A stretch of DNA of 64,000 nucleotides from Deltaproteobacteria bacterium (GTDB lineage Bacteria; Desulfobacterota; Binatia; Binatales; Binataceae), in contig JAKBMB010000021.1 of NCBI GenBank assembly GCA_021831785.1, positions 8,633-72,632 of the forward strand, read 5' to 3'. Shown here piece after piece: positions 26,564 to 36,840 of the stretch (its first letter is position 1; each line of letters opens with the position of its first letter). The notes beneath the pieces were generated by a model. It saw only the letters and a list, made by a program, of their open reading frames with translations, made no database searches and was not told the origin of the DNA. The position numbers were made by a program, and so were the translations under genes.

Positions 26564-28271
26564 GATTGCGCGCCGCCAGTACGCCGATCTTTATGGCCCT
26601 ACCGTCGGCGACCGCATTCGGCTGGCGGACACGGAAATTTTCATCGAGGTGGAGAAAGACCTCGCCGGCGGCGGTGACGAGGCCAAATTCGGCGGCGGCA
26701 AGGTGCTGCGCGACGGCATGGGGCAGTCCTCCCGCGCTACGACCGAGCAGGGCGTGCTCGACCTCGTGATTACCAACGCGGTGGTGCTCGATCATTGGGG
26801 AATCGTCAAGGCCGACATTGGAATCCGCGGCGGCCGGATCGTCGGCATCGGGAAAAGCGGCAACCCTGACACGATGGAAGGGGTGACGCGCGGGATGACG
26901 GTCGGCGCCGGCACCGAGGTCATCGCCGGCGAGGGCCGGATCATAACCGCGGGCGGGATCGACGCCCACGTTCACTTTATCTGTCCGCAACTGGCCGAGA
27001 CCGCGCTGGCGGCCGGCATCACGACGCTTATCGGCGGCGGCACCGGCCCGGCGACCGGCACCAACGCCACCACGTGCACGCCTGGGGCGTGGAACATCCA
27101 TCGCATGCTCGAGGCGGCCGAGGGGTTCGCGGTCAACCTGGGCTTTCTCGGTAAGGGCAATGCCTCGTTTCCGGCGCCGCTGCGCGAGCAGATCGAGGCC
27201 GGCGCAATCGGCCTCAAGCTCCACGAAGACTGGGGCACGACGCCGGCTGCGATCGATTGCGCCCTGTCGGTGGCCGAACAGTATGATGTCCAGGTGGCGA
27301 TCCACACCGACACGCTCAACGAGGCCGGTTTCGTCCAAGACTCGATCCGCGCGTTCCAGGGGCGCACGATTCACACCTATCACACCGAGGGCGCCGGCGG
27401 CGGGCACGCGCCCGATATTATCGCGGTGTGCGGCGAACCCAACTGCCTGCCGTCGTCGACCAATCCCACGATGCCGTTCACCGTCAACACCTTGGACGAG
27501 CATTTGGACATGTTGATGGTGTGCCATCATCTCGACGCGAAAATTCCCGAGGACGTGGCCTTCGCCGAATCGCGCATCCGCGCGGAAACCATCGCAGCCG
27601 AGGACGTGCTGCACGACCTCGGCGCGATCAGCATGATGTCGTCCGACTCCCAAGCGATGGGGCGGATCGGCGAGGTGATCATCCGCACCTGGCAGACGGC
27701 CGACAAGATGAAGCGCCAACGGGGACCGCTCGCGGGCGAGAACACGGGCAGCGATAACCTGCGCGCTCGCCGCTACGTCGCCAAGTACACGATCAACCCG
27801 GCGATCGCCCACGGTATCGCTCATGAGATAGGATCCATCGAGACCGGAAAATTTGCCGACCTAGTGGTCTGGAAGCCGGCGTTTTTCGGCGTCAAGCCGG
27901 AGCTGGTGATAAAGGGCGGCTTTATCGCGTGGTCGGCGATGGGCGATCCCAACGCCTCTATACCGACGCCCCAGCCGGTGATTTACCGTCCGATGTTCGG
28001 CGCCTTCGGCAACGCGCTGCGCTCGACCTCGCTGACCTTCGTCTCCGCGGCGGCGCTCGAGGCCGGGATTGCCGGCCGCTTGAAACTCAACAAGCGCGTT
28101 GTAGCGGTCCGCAAATGCCGTGGCCTAAGCAAGCGCGACATGGTCAACAACGACGCTTTGCCGACGATCGAGGTCAATCCGGAAACCTACGAAGTGCGTG
28201 CCGATGGCGAGCTCCTGACTTGCGAACCGGCTCGAGTGCTGGCGATGGCTCAGCGCTATTTTCTTTTCTGA
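26553..28271 (+). CDS. ureC: urease subunit alpha
   Basis: 572 aa with [52 protein letters not shown] and SSDSQAMGR. Confidence 0.97.
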   Translation: MSLKIARRQYADLYGPTVGDRIRLADTEIFIEVEKDLAGGGDEAKFGGGKVLRDGMGQSSRATTEQGVLDLVITNAVVLDHWGIVKADIGIRGGRIVGIGKSGNPDTMEGVTRGMTVGAGTEVIAGEGRIITAGGIDAHVHFICPQLAETALAAGITTLIGGGTGPATGTNATTCTPGAWNIHRMLEAAEGFAVNLGFLGKGNASFPAPLREQIEAGAIGLKLHEDWGTTPAAIDCALSVAEQYDVQVAIHTDTLNEAGFVQDSIRAFQGRTIHTYHTEGAGGGHAPDIIAVCGEPNCLPSSTNPTMPFTVNTLDEHLDMLMVCHHLDAKIPEDVAFAESRIRAETIAAEDVLHDLGAISMMSSDSQAMGRIGEVIIRTWQTADKMKRQRGPLAGENTGSDNLRARRYVAKYTINPAIAHGIAHEIGSIETGKFADLVVWKPAFFGVKPELVIKGGFIAWSAMGDPNASIPTPQPVIYRPMFGAFGNALRSTSLTFVSAAALEAGIAGRLKLNKRVVAVRKCRGLSKRDMVNNDALPTIEVNPETYEVRADGELLTCEPARVLAMAQRYFLF

Positions 28272-28287
28272 GCGCCTGCCGGAGGCA

Positions 28288-28737
28288 ATGCGGATAATCG
28301 AACGGCTAATCGCGCGGCCGAGCGCGGAGGAGCTGCGCGGCAAGGAGCCCGACAGGCTTGCGCTTACCTGGGAGCAGCGGCGATGGCTAAGGGGCCGCTT
28401 TACGACCGCCGCCGGCCGCGAGATTGCCTTGGCGCTGCCGACCGGCACCAGGATTAAGCCCGGCGCGGTGGTGTTGGTCGAAGCGCAATGGTACGTCGAA
28501 ATTATCGCCGCCGACGAACCGCTGCTGGCGGTCTTCCCGCCTGACCATGCAAGCGCGCTGAAGGTTGCCTTCGAGGTAGGCACCCGGCATTTCCCGCTGG
28601 CCCTGAGCGGGCGCGAACTGCTGGTGCCCGATGATCCGGCGATGGCGCATTTGATGGGGCGTCTCGGCGCGCGTTTCGAGCGCCGGGTTGGCGCCTTCGA
28701 GCCGATTGGCTTCGGCGCGCATGGCGATGACGCCTGA
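28288..28737 (+). CDS. ureE: urease accessory protein UreE (no His-rich tail)
   Basis: Position in the operon, size, and the VAFEVGTRHFPL block (cf. the UreE motif GNRH). The C-terminus ...GFGAHGDDA lacks a poly-His stretch. Confidence 0.8.
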   Translation: MRIIERLIARPSAEELRGKEPDRLALTWEQRRWLRGRFTTAAGREIALALPTGTRIKPGAVVLVEAQWYVEIIAADEPLLAVFPPDHASALKVAFEVGTRHFPLALSGRELLVPDDPAMAHLMGRLGARFERRVGAFEPIGFGAHGDDA

Positions 28738-29416
28738 GACCTTTTTAGGCCTGCTCCAGTTCGCCGACGGCCTGTTTCCGACCGGCGCGTTCGCGCATTC
28801 CATGGGGCTCGAGGCGTATGCGCGGGCGGACGCGCTCGAAAGCGCGGAGAAAGTTAAAGCTCTGGTTGAAGTTCAACTTGAATGCGCGGTCGGACCGGCG
28901 GATACGGTGGCGATGCTTTCGACGTTGAAAGCCGCGCGGCGGGGCGAACTCGCTGCGGTGTTCGAGCTCGACCAGGTCCTGGATGCGATGAAGCCGGTAG
29001 CCGAGCTTAGAAACGCAAGCCGTCAGATGGGCCGCCAGACCGCCCGCGTAGCCGCCGCTCTTACCGAAGATGTTCGGCTAGCCGAGTTTTATCGGCGCAG
29101 CCAATCCGAGCACACCCCAGGTCATCACGCGGTCGCCTTCGGGCTCACCGGCGGGGCCATGGGATGGGACGAGAGGGCGGCGAGCTGCGCTTACCTCTAT
29201 GGCGCGGGAGCGCTGATGGTGAGCGCGGCGGTCAAGCTGCTACCCTTGGGGCAACTTGCGGGGCAGCGAATTTTATGGTCGCTTCATCCGCTGATCGCGC
29301 GGCTAACCCGTGAAGCCGAGGGAAAAAGCGTGGATGACATGTGGAGCTTTGTCCCCGCGCTTGAGATCGCCGCGATGCGCCATGGCGGGATGGACGCAAG
29401 GCTCTTTCGGTCATGA
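28721..29416 (+). CDS. ureF: urease accessory protein UreF
   Basis: [21 protein letters not shown] is the UreF signature. Start chosen at the Met just before it, overlapping the ureE end. Confidence 0.88.
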   Translation: MAMTPETFLGLLQFADGLFPTGAFAHSMGLEAYARADALESAEKVKALVEVQLECAVGPADTVAMLSTLKAARRGELAAVFELDQVLDAMKPVAELRNASRQMGRQTARVAAALTEDVRLAEFYRRSQSEHTPGHHAVAFGLTGGAMGWDERAASCAYLYGAGALMVSAAVKLLPLGQLAGQRILWSLHPLIARLTREAEGKSVDDMWSFVPALEIAAMRHGGMDARLFRS

Positions 29417-30024
29417 TTGCGAAGCCGCTTAAAATCGGCATCGGCGGCCCGGTCGGCTCCGGCAAGACGGCGCTGGTCGAAGCCCTGTGCAGGCGTTTGA
29501 GCTCAAGCTATGAGCTGGCGGTCATCACTAACGACATCTACACCAAGGAGGACGCGGAGTTTCTGACGCGCCGCGCAGCGCTGCCGGCTGAGCGGATCGT
29601 GGGGGTCGAAACCGGCGGCTGTCCTCACACCGCGATACGCGAAGACGCCTCGGTGAACCTCGAGGCGGTCGATGCGCTGGTCAAGCGCTTCCCGGCGCTC
29701 GAGCTGGTTTTTATCGAGAGCGGCGGAGACAACCTGGCGGCGACCTTCAGCCCGGAGCTCGTGGACGCAGCGATCTACGTTATCGACGTAGCCGAGGGCG
29801 ACAAGATTCCCCGCAAGGGCGGACCGGGAATCACCAAGTCAGGCCTTCTCGTGATCAACAAAATCGACCTCGCGCCCCACGTCGGCGCCGACCTGTCGGT
29901 GATGGAAGTTGACGCGAGACGAGGGCGCGGGACGCGCCCATTTGTGTTCACCAACCTAAAGGACGGCATCGGCGTTGACGCTGTCATCGACTGGATCCGA
30001 CGAGAGCTGCTATTCGAGTCTTAG
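29413..30024 (+). CDS. ureG: urease accessory GTPase UreG
   Basis: [20 protein letters not shown]-loop, ESGGDNL and INKIDLAP motifs. Confidence 0.95.
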   Translation: MIAKPLKIGIGGPVGSGKTALVEALCRRLSSSYELAVITNDIYTKEDAEFLTRRAALPAERIVGVETGGCPHTAIREDASVNLEAVDALVKRFPALELVFIESGGDNLAATFSPELVDAAIYVIDVAEGDKIPRKGGPGITKSGLLVINKIDLAPHVGADLSVMEVDARRGRGTRPFVFTNLKDGIGVDAVIDWIRRELLFES

Positions 30025-30850
30025 ACGCGTAGGCCGCGACGGACGTCTCTTGCTGCGCTTCGCGCGGCGCGGACCGGGCACCGTGCTCGCCGCGAGCCGC
30101 TTTACGCTGCCGCTGCAGGCGCTGGAGCCGGTGATGCTGAAGGACGGCACCGCTTACCTGATGCTGCTCAACCCCAGCGGCGGGCTGGTCGGCGGTGACC
30201 GGCTGACGACCCGGATTCGGCTTGAGCCCGCAACCCACGTCTGCCTGACGACGCCCTCGGCGACCAAGGTTTATCGTACGGTGGGTGACCCGGCGGTGCA
30301 GGAGACCACGATCGAACTCGGCGCGGGCGCGATTCTGGAGTATATCCCTGACCATCTGATTCCCCATGCCGGGGCGGCGCTGCGCCAGGTTCTGCGGGTG
30401 GAAATGGGAGCCGCAAGCCGCGCGATCATCGCCGACGGATATGCCGCGGGCCGCGTCGGGCGCGGCGAGCGTTGGGAGTTCGCGCAGCTCGACAGCTTGA
30501 CCACGGTCGCCAGTGGAGGCCGTCTAGTTTTCTTCAACCGGACGAAACTGACCCCGGCATCGGTCGCGCCGGCCGGCGCGGGCAAGGCGCAGGAGTTTAA
30601 CTACGTGGCAAGCTTTCTCGTTGTTGCCGACGAATGGCACGAATGGGAACAGCTAAGATGCGCGCTCGATGAGCGGCTTAGCGCTTTCCCGCAGGTCAGC
30701 GGAGGAGCAAGCCTGCTGGCGCGAAGCGGCTGCTTCGCGCGCTACTTGACCAATACGGCCCACGAGCTTAGTCAGACGACACGAGCGCTATGGATCACGA
30801 CGCGCCGATTGCTCCTTGGCTTGGACGGTTTCGACCTGCGAAAAGCCTAG
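29975..30850 (+). CDS. ureD: urease accessory protein UreD/UreH
   Basis: [14 protein letters not shown]...[10 protein letters not shown] is typical of UreD. The start is uncertain: the ORF start overlaps ureG by 50 nt, so a downstream non-ATG start is possible. Confidence 0.85.
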   Translation: MTLSSTGSDESCYSSLRRVGRDGRLLLRFARRGPGTVLAASRFTLPLQALEPVMLKDGTAYLMLLNPSGGLVGGDRLTTRIRLEPATHVCLTTPSATKVYRTVGDPAVQETTIELGAGAILEYIPDHLIPHAGAALRQVLRVEMGAASRAIIADGYAAGRVGRGERWEFAQLDSLTTVASGGRLVFFNRTKLTPASVAPAGAGKAQEFNYVASFLVVADEWHEWEQLRCALDERLSAFPQVSGGASLLARSGCFARYLTNTAHELSQTTRALWITTRRLLLGLDGFDLRKA

Positions 30851-31151
30851 CGTCGGTTCACCCTTGGCGCTCAAATGAACCTCGATCCGCGCCGTCTGCC
30901 TCTCGTCATAAAGGGTGACCATCGGCAGACCCGCCGGTGTCGCGCCCAGCGATACTCGGGGCCGACCGGCGTCGTCGAACACCACCAGTCCCGAGTATTG
31001 TTGCTCGATTGCGAGCAGCACTCGCCGCCGCCCAGGCGAGGGACGAGGAGATTCGCCACAGCCAATCCGCAACGAAGCCCCGGGCAAATCCGGACGCTGC
31101 TACAAGCAAAAGTAAACCCGCTGACCCAGAGAGGCGAAGGCTGCTCATCAT
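30788..31151 (-). pseudogene. possible small secreted protein split over two frames (frameshift or assembly error)
   Basis: The frame starting at 31151 gives a signal peptide MMSSLRLSGSAGLLLLVAASGFA and then degenerates. The overlapping frame (30788..31087) gives a protein-like body, VLLAIEQQYSGLVVFDDAGRPRVSLGATPAGLPMVTLYDERQTARIEVHL. Confidence 0.3.
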
Positions 31152-31246
31152 CGCGGCATAGCTCCTCTGTTTTTCTGTTAGACTAATTTAGGATGGGCAG
31201 AGTTGCCGTGCATTCTTAACGGCTGGCGGGCGGGGAGATCGGCTCT

Positions 31247-31414
31247 ATGATTAAAGCAGTGAGGAGCTCGGTGCTATGCGCGGTTGCTTGCCTGACCCTC
31301 GGAGCCGCGCTTTATGCCTGCGGTCCTGCGGCGTTCGGGCCCGGTTTCATGGGTTCCCCAATGATGGGAATGCCTGGCTTCGGGATGCCTTTAATGCCGG
31401 GGCCCGGGACCTAA
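31247..31414 (+). CDS. 55-aa putative lipoprotein with a Met/Gly/Pro-rich mature part (below the ORF-track cutoff)
   Basis: Own translation: MIKAVRSSVLCAVACLTLGAALYAC|GPAAFGPGFMGSPMMGMPGFGMPLMPGPGT*. Signal peptide plus a lipobox-like L-Y-A-C. Confidence 0.4.
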   Translation: MIKAVRSSVLCAVACLTLGAALYACGPAAFGPGFMGSPMMGMPGFGMPLMPGPGT

Positions 31415-31488
31415 AATTCGCTCGCCGTTTTTTTTTTCGAATATCAACGGAGGTGGCGGGCTTGGCCCGGGATGTCGTAAAGGCCGAG

Positions 31489-32130
31489 ATGAATCTCGCG
31501 CCAGCTTCTACACGTCTCGTACTTTTCTTCGCGGCATTTTACTTTGCATCTCTCCCGGGCTTTGCACAAGCGCAGAGCAGCCAAGCAGCCGCTGCTAAGA
31601 CGACGCAAGTGACGACTTTCACCCCGTCGCTTGCCGGCGGCCCAAACCACAGAGGCCGTTGCTGGACAACTTCGATTGCTTTGCCCCGCAAAGGCGCGTG
31701 GCGCTGTATGGTGGGTAACGCGATTTACGATCCCTGTTTTCACCTCACCGCGAAGGCAAACGCCGTCGTATGCGATGCCGACCCATCCGAGCATAAAGCC
31801 GGCTTCACGCTCCTCCTCGCCGAGCCTTTGCCCGAACAGAAAGCGGCGCCGCCCAAGTCACCCCGGCCTTGGATTGTCGAGCTGGCTGACGGCAGCAAAT
31901 GCAGACCCTATACAGGCACAATGCCCTTTATCCAGGGCCTGCCGCCGCTTAGCTACTACTGCCAAACGCGCTCGCCGCCTGGCGAAGGCGAGTGCGCGCT
32001 GTTAGGCGATTTCAAAACGGGCAAGCTCTGGACGGTCACGAAGATTCGCTACACGCAGACCCCTGGCAAGGAGTTGCCGCTTAAGGTTATCGGCCGCGAG
32101 CGCGTCGCAGTGAAGGCGTTATGGCAGTAA
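31489..32130 (+). CDS. secreted hypothetical protein with 8 Cys in the mature part
   Basis: MNLAPASTRLVLFFAAFYFASLPGFAQA signal peptide. The body contains paired cysteines (RCWTT...WRCMVGNAIYDPCF...VVCDAD...KCRPY...YYCQ...GECAL). Start moved to Met72 of ORF 31276..32130. Confidence 0.6.
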   Translation: MNLAPASTRLVLFFAAFYFASLPGFAQAQSSQAAAAKTTQVTTFTPSLAGGPNHRGRCWTTSIALPRKGAWRCMVGNAIYDPCFHLTAKANAVVCDADPSEHKAGFTLLLAEPLPEQKAAPPKSPRPWIVELADGSKCRPYTGTMPFIQGLPPLSYYCQTRSPPGEGECALLGDFKTGKLWTVTKIRYTQTPGKELPLKVIGRERVAVKALWQ

Positions 32131-32850
32131 GCCCGCGCCTTGGAAGATATCTCACCCTTCGCTTGTGCACCCTAACTGGAAAGCGACGGCGCAGCGTCGC
32201 CGATCCGTCCAAACGGAGATAGGCCTCGCCCAGCAACGATGGCGCCACTGGGCGTGAAGCGATGGCGAAGCCCTGACTTCGAATCACGGCTTTATTTGTG
32301 AAATTCATTATTCCGGCTACTATTGCAGCTCCCATTATGCTAAATTCCGCTCATCGTGGGTTTTCCCATCGAGGCAGCGCTATTCTTAACGCAGATCAGG
32401 TCGCGTGGGTTTGCCCAAACCACTGATGGAACGAAAAAATCCGCCCCTCTTAGCCGTAGGGAAGCCCTAACCGTAGCAGCCAAAGGTATGGATAAACCCA
32501 AACCGTCCCAAAACCCCTGGTGCCACGGGATTAGGATATTCCAGGGCATAGAAGCCCGCGCCGCTCTTGCTGTACCGCTTTTTCGGCATTTGTTTCGCCT
32601 AGCATGCAGCTTCGCCCCTCCGCTTTTGGGGAGAAAAGCCGTCAATAGCCCTTTGCGAACCGCATATACACCCACCGGGGAACTCGGGTATAATGCGGCG
32701 TTGGCCAAAAGCGCGTTGGCTTGGCCCGGCTTCCGCTGAGCCAACGACATAGGTGTGTAAATCGAATGACTGAACGCGATAACGGCGCGTTAGTCGGGCG
32801 AGCACGCCGATGACCTCGTAACTTGCGGCGAGGGGACGGACGGACACGAG

Positions 32851-33570
32851 TTGCGAATAGCTGGGTTTATCGCGATCGGGCTTATGCTGGCGGTGTGGAA
32901 CGGCGTGTTATGTGCCGAGGAACCGGCGAATGACACCGCGACCCTGGACCAGGATTCGCTATTTGAGGCCGTAGCTTGGCGGTATGGTCTTGATGCCAGC
33001 TTATTAAGGGCGATTGCTACCGTTGAATCGGCAAGACAGACGCGAGCGGTTTCGCCTGCGGGCGCGATGGGACTGATGCAATTAATGCCAGACACCGCGC
33101 GGCGCTTTCGGGTCGAAGACCCGTTCGATCCGGTAGACAACGCGCTTGGGGCCGCGCGTTTTCTCGCTTACCTGCAACGTCAGCAGCTAAGCTCGAAAGG
33201 CGAAGCAAATCTGGCCGACCTGTTGGCCGCCTATAATGCCGGCGAGGGAGCGGTCAAGCGCTACCAAGGCGTACCACCGTATGCCGAGACGCGCGGCTAC
33301 GTCCGGCGCGTGCTCTGGGCCTATTTGCTTGCTGAGCAACCGGCGGCAGTAATTGACGCGCGTGAGCCAAGCGAGTCAACTGATGTCGGCGCACGTGTTC
33401 GGCACCCGCAGCCCGCGGACCGCGCGTTGCGCGCCCCTGATGGCTCCGGTGCCGGCAAGCGTAGCGAAGACGATGCGCTTTTGAGGCAGCTCGCCGAGCT
33501 TCGCCGCGAAAGAGCGCGGGCGAGCGAACCCGAACAGAGCGCGCGCGGTGCCCTGGAAGCCGCGAGATGA
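32851..33570 (+). CDS. lytic transglycosylase (SLT domain) protein
   Basis: AIATVESARQTRAVSPAGAMGLMQLMPDTARRF...LLAAYNAGEGAVKRYQGVPPYAETRGYV is the SLT catalytic E-S plus GLMQ and AYNAG motifs. TTG start with a signal-like N-terminus. Confidence 0.85.
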   Translation: MRIAGFIAIGLMLAVWNGVLCAEEPANDTATLDQDSLFEAVAWRYGLDASLLRAIATVESARQTRAVSPAGAMGLMQLMPDTARRFRVEDPFDPVDNALGAARFLAYLQRQQLSSKGEANLADLLAAYNAGEGAVKRYQGVPPYAETRGYVRRVLWAYLLAEQPAAVIDAREPSESTDVGARVRHPQPADRALRAPDGSGAGKRSEDDALLRQLAELRRERARASEPEQSARGALEAAR

Positions 33571-33804
33571 AACCGAAAAGACAGCTCTTGAGGACCGCGG
33601 GAGCGGCAAAGCGATGAAAGCCCTTAAGCAATTTCCACACTCAAAAGGCGAGCTGGGATATCTTCGGGGGCATGCTTTCGGTTTTCTCGACGTGCTGTCG
33701 AAGCATAATAGGTCGGCGAATGAGCAGCCCAGGCCGCGAAATTTTGCGCGCAAGCAGCCCGCCGATGGCAGGCGCTATGGATAGGTCGCCGGCCGGGAGG
33801 CTCT

Positions 33805-34824
33805 ATGGACGATAGCGGCAACGGCCATTGGCGGTCAGCAGCTCCGGCGCCGGGGCTGTTCGAGGCCTCAAACAGCGGCTGGTGGTCTCAACTCTCCGAG
33901 CCCGGCGCCGCGCTCGACATTTCACAGCCGATTGCGATGCTCAAACACCGGCGACGGTTAATCTTCGCGTGGGCTTTTGTATTCGCGCTCGCAGCCGGGT
34001 TGATGACCAAGTTCGTGCTCACCAAGTGGTATCGCGCCTTCGCGGTGATTTCTCCCACTCCGCAGGAGGACCTCAGCCAGTCGGCAGGCATGTACGACGT
34101 CGGGATGCAAATGATGCTTGGCGACCTGATGGGCAGCGGAGCGGTCGCGCTAGCGCAAAAATACACCCTTATCGTCAAGAGTTACGAGTTCACGATGGAT
34201 TTGGTTGACCGCTACGCCTTGGCGCCTCGGGTCTGGGGCAGCAAACAAAAGTTGGAGGAGGCCGCCACGCAGAACCCACAGACCTTGCGATGGCGCACCT
34301 ACAAGCTGATGCTCGGTCGGTTCAACAGCGAATACGACTACAAGAGTGGAAGTTTGTCCCTCTCCTTTATCGACCCTGAACCGGCGCAGGCAAAGCGCAT
34401 CGTGGGTCTCTACGTGGACTCGCTGCGCAGCAAATTGCGCGAAGAGGCGGTGCACAAAGCCAGCGTGATCGCGGCCTCGCTCCAGGCCCAGGCGGTGAAA
34501 ACTTCAGACCCGCTGCTGCAATCGCGCCTCTATCAATTAGCGGCGCAGCAATTGCAGCGCCAGATAATAGCGCAGGCCCAGTCCGACTTTTTCTTCTCCC
34601 TGGTCGACCCGCCGGTGGCGCCGGGCGTCATCTACTCGCCGTCGGCCAAGCTAAACGCTTTACTGGGGGCTATCGTAGGCGCGATACTATGCTCAGTCCT
34701 AGTTCTTGCTTATGACTCGCGGCGCGCGAGGAGAGCTAAGCGGCGCGAAGCCGGCGTACCGACGACGCAACGACAGGACGAGCCGAGCAGCCGTCCGGCG
34801 GGCGCTGCTCTCGGCGCCCGGTAG
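33805..34824 (+). CDS. polysaccharide chain-length determinant (Wzz/GumC-like, no kinase domain)
   Basis: N-terminal TM (LIFAWAFVFALAAGLMTKFVL) followed by YRAFAVISP, a long coiled-coil-like periplasmic region, and a C-terminal TM (LLGAIVGAILCSVLVLAY). Confidence 0.65.
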   Translation: MDDSGNGHWRSAAPAPGLFEASNSGWWSQLSEPGAALDISQPIAMLKHRRRLIFAWAFVFALAAGLMTKFVLTKWYRAFAVISPTPQEDLSQSAGMYDVGMQMMLGDLMGSGAVALAQKYTLIVKSYEFTMDLVDRYALAPRVWGSKQKLEEAATQNPQTLRWRTYKLMLGRFNSEYDYKSGSLSLSFIDPEPAQAKRIVGLYVDSLRSKLREEAVHKASVIAASLQAQAVKTSDPLLQSRLYQLAAQQLQRQIIAQAQSDFFFSLVDPPVAPGVIYSPSAKLNALLGAIVGAILCSVLVLAYDSRRARRAKRREAGVPTTQRQDEPSSRPAGAALGAR

Positions 34825-35169
34825 ACTAAAGTCCCAACGGCCTGGAGCGAACCTCGCCTCGCACCCCATGTTGCTGCAGGAGGCAGGACCTATCGCACGG
34901 GCAGACGCGCTCACCCGTCTCGCGCGCATGTCCGTGGACAGGCGCGCCGCAATCGTGCTCGCCAAATCTCAGCTTGCGGTGAGAAAATAACCGGGCCGGA
35001 CACATTACCGAGCGCCATCGAGCGCGCGCCTTGGAGGGCGCACCGAGCGGCTAAAAGGAACCGGACGAATCCGTATGGCCGCGCGTTGTGCTATGCGCGA
35101 TGAATTATACTAAGGCATCATCAGGTCGAGGCCAGGACGCGCCCACGGCGGCGCTGCCGATAGCGGTTT

Positions 35170-36702
35170 ATGAGAGGGCTTAAGGATTATCACGAAGCCG
35201 ATAACGAATCACACATCGCCTTGCTGCCCGCGGCCTTGCCGCCGACCAGGCCGGTGCGAATCCTGGTCGTAGGCGAGATGATCCTGGATCGCTACGTATG
35301 GGGCTCGGCGTCGCGAATTTCGCCCGAAGCGCCGATCCCAGTGCTTCAGGTCGAAAGACGGGAGCATCGGGCAGGGAACGCCGCTTTCGTTATGGCCAAT
35401 TTGCGGGCGCTCGGCGCCGCGGTGCACGGACTCAGCGCAGTCGGCCGTGACGCCAACGGCAAGCTGCTGCGCCGTCTGATAGCCGAATGCGGGGTCAACA
35501 CGGACTCGATTGTAGCCGTCACCGGACGGTCCACAATAGTGAAGGAGCGCTTTCTTGCCTCGGTTCAATCCGCCGGACGCGCGACCCAGCAGTTGCTGCG
35601 CGTCGATGAAGAAGACACGCATCCGTTAGCGGCGCCGACCGAGCGCGTGCTGAAAAAGAAGCTGAGCGTCGAACTCGAGACGGCCGACGCCGTGTTGGTT
35701 TCCGACATCAATAAAGGACTGCTTACCCCGTCGTTTTTACGCGCGATTATCGACGGCGCGCGCCAACGGGGGGCTCCAGTGATAATCGACCCACGCATCA
35801 GTTCCGACTACTCGTTATACCGTGGCGCTACGGCGTTGACGCCGAACCGCTTTGAAACCGAGGCCGCGACCGGTGTCGCGATGAGCGATCGCGGCGCCTG
35901 GGAGCTCGGAGCCAAGACCCTTACCGAGCGGCTTGACCTGCGCGCGTGCCTGGTGACGCTCGATCGCGAAGGTATGTATCTGTACCAACGCGACGGCCGC
36001 GGCTTTCACATTTCGACCAGCCCGCGCGACGTCTATGACGTGACCGGGGCGGGAGACGTGGTGCTGGCGGTGTTCGGGCTGATGGTTGCGATGGAGGAGG
36101 GCTTTCCCGCCGCCGCGGCATTATCAAACCTGGCCGCCGGGGTCGAAGTGGGACATCTCGGCGCTCAGGTGATCGCTCGAGCCGAGTTGGAAGCCGCGAT
36201 CGAAAATCAGCGGCTCGACCACTCGAAGAAGGTGGTTTTACTGCCCGAGCTGAAAAGGCGACTGGAGACCGAGCGGCGGGCGGGCCACAAGATCGTATTT
36301 ACGAACGGATGCTTCGATCTTCTGCACGCCGGTCATATAGCAAGCTTGAACTTCGCCCGCGCGCAGGGCGAAAGGCTCGTCGTGGGTCTCAACAGCGACC
36401 GCAGCGTGCGCCAACTCAAAGGCGCCGGGCGGCCGGTTTATCCGGCGAGCGAGCGCGCGCGTATCCTCGCCGCGCTCGAAAGCGTGGATTACGTGGTGAT
36501 TTTCGACGAGACGCGCGCCGAGCGGATTATCGCCGAAGTGGCGCCGGACGTGTTAGTCAAGGGTGAGGACTATCGCGGGCGGGTGGTTGACGGAGCCGAG
36601 CAGGTCCTTGCGCGTGGCGGAAAGGTCGTCTTAGCACCGCTGCTTGACGGACGAAGCACAAGCAAGACGCTGGCGGACCTCAAACAGCGGCTCAGTGAAT
36701 AA
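35170..36702 (+). CDS. hldE: bifunctional D-beta-D-heptose 7-phosphate kinase / D-beta-D-heptose 1-phosphate adenylyltransferase
   Basis: ILVVGEMILDRYVWGSASRISPEAPIPVL (kinase N-terminus), DVTGAGD, and the cytidylyltransferase part FTNGCFDLLHAGH...GLNSD.SVR.LKG.GRPV. Confidence 0.9.
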   Translation: MRGLKDYHEADNESHIALLPAALPPTRPVRILVVGEMILDRYVWGSASRISPEAPIPVLQVERREHRAGNAAFVMANLRALGAAVHGLSAVGRDANGKLLRRLIAECGVNTDSIVAVTGRSTIVKERFLASVQSAGRATQQLLRVDEEDTHPLAAPTERVLKKKLSVELETADAVLVSDINKGLLTPSFLRAIIDGARQRGAPVIIDPRISSDYSLYRGATALTPNRFETEAATGVAMSDRGAWELGAKTLTERLDLRACLVTLDREGMYLYQRDGRGFHISTSPRDVYDVTGAGDVVLAVFGLMVAMEEGFPAAAALSNLAAGVEVGHLGAQVIARAELEAAIENQRLDHSKKVVLLPELKRRLETERRAGHKIVFTNGCFDLLHAGHIASLNFARAQGERLVVGLNSDRSVRQLKGAGRPVYPASERARILAALESVDYVVIFDETRAERIIAEVAPDVLVKGEDYRGRVVDGAEQVLARGGKVVLAPLLDGRSTSKTLADLKQRLSE

Positions 36703-36840
36703 GCCCATGAAGCCTGCGGAGCGGTGTCTTGACTCGCGAGTATTGGACCGGATCCGCGCCCCGGTCGGCGGGGCAGGCTTGCGCCAAATTTGCGCGCAAC
36801 CCCGGGCCTATCGATACCCGCGACCGATTGGAGACTTAAG

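Noticed and set aside
26472-27824. 450-aa ORF on the minus strand
   Set aside because: It lies entirely antisense to ureC, whose translation is an unmistakable urease alpha subunit. The antisense product is Arg/Ala/Gly/Asp-rich with no motif. This is a typical high-GC shadow ORF.
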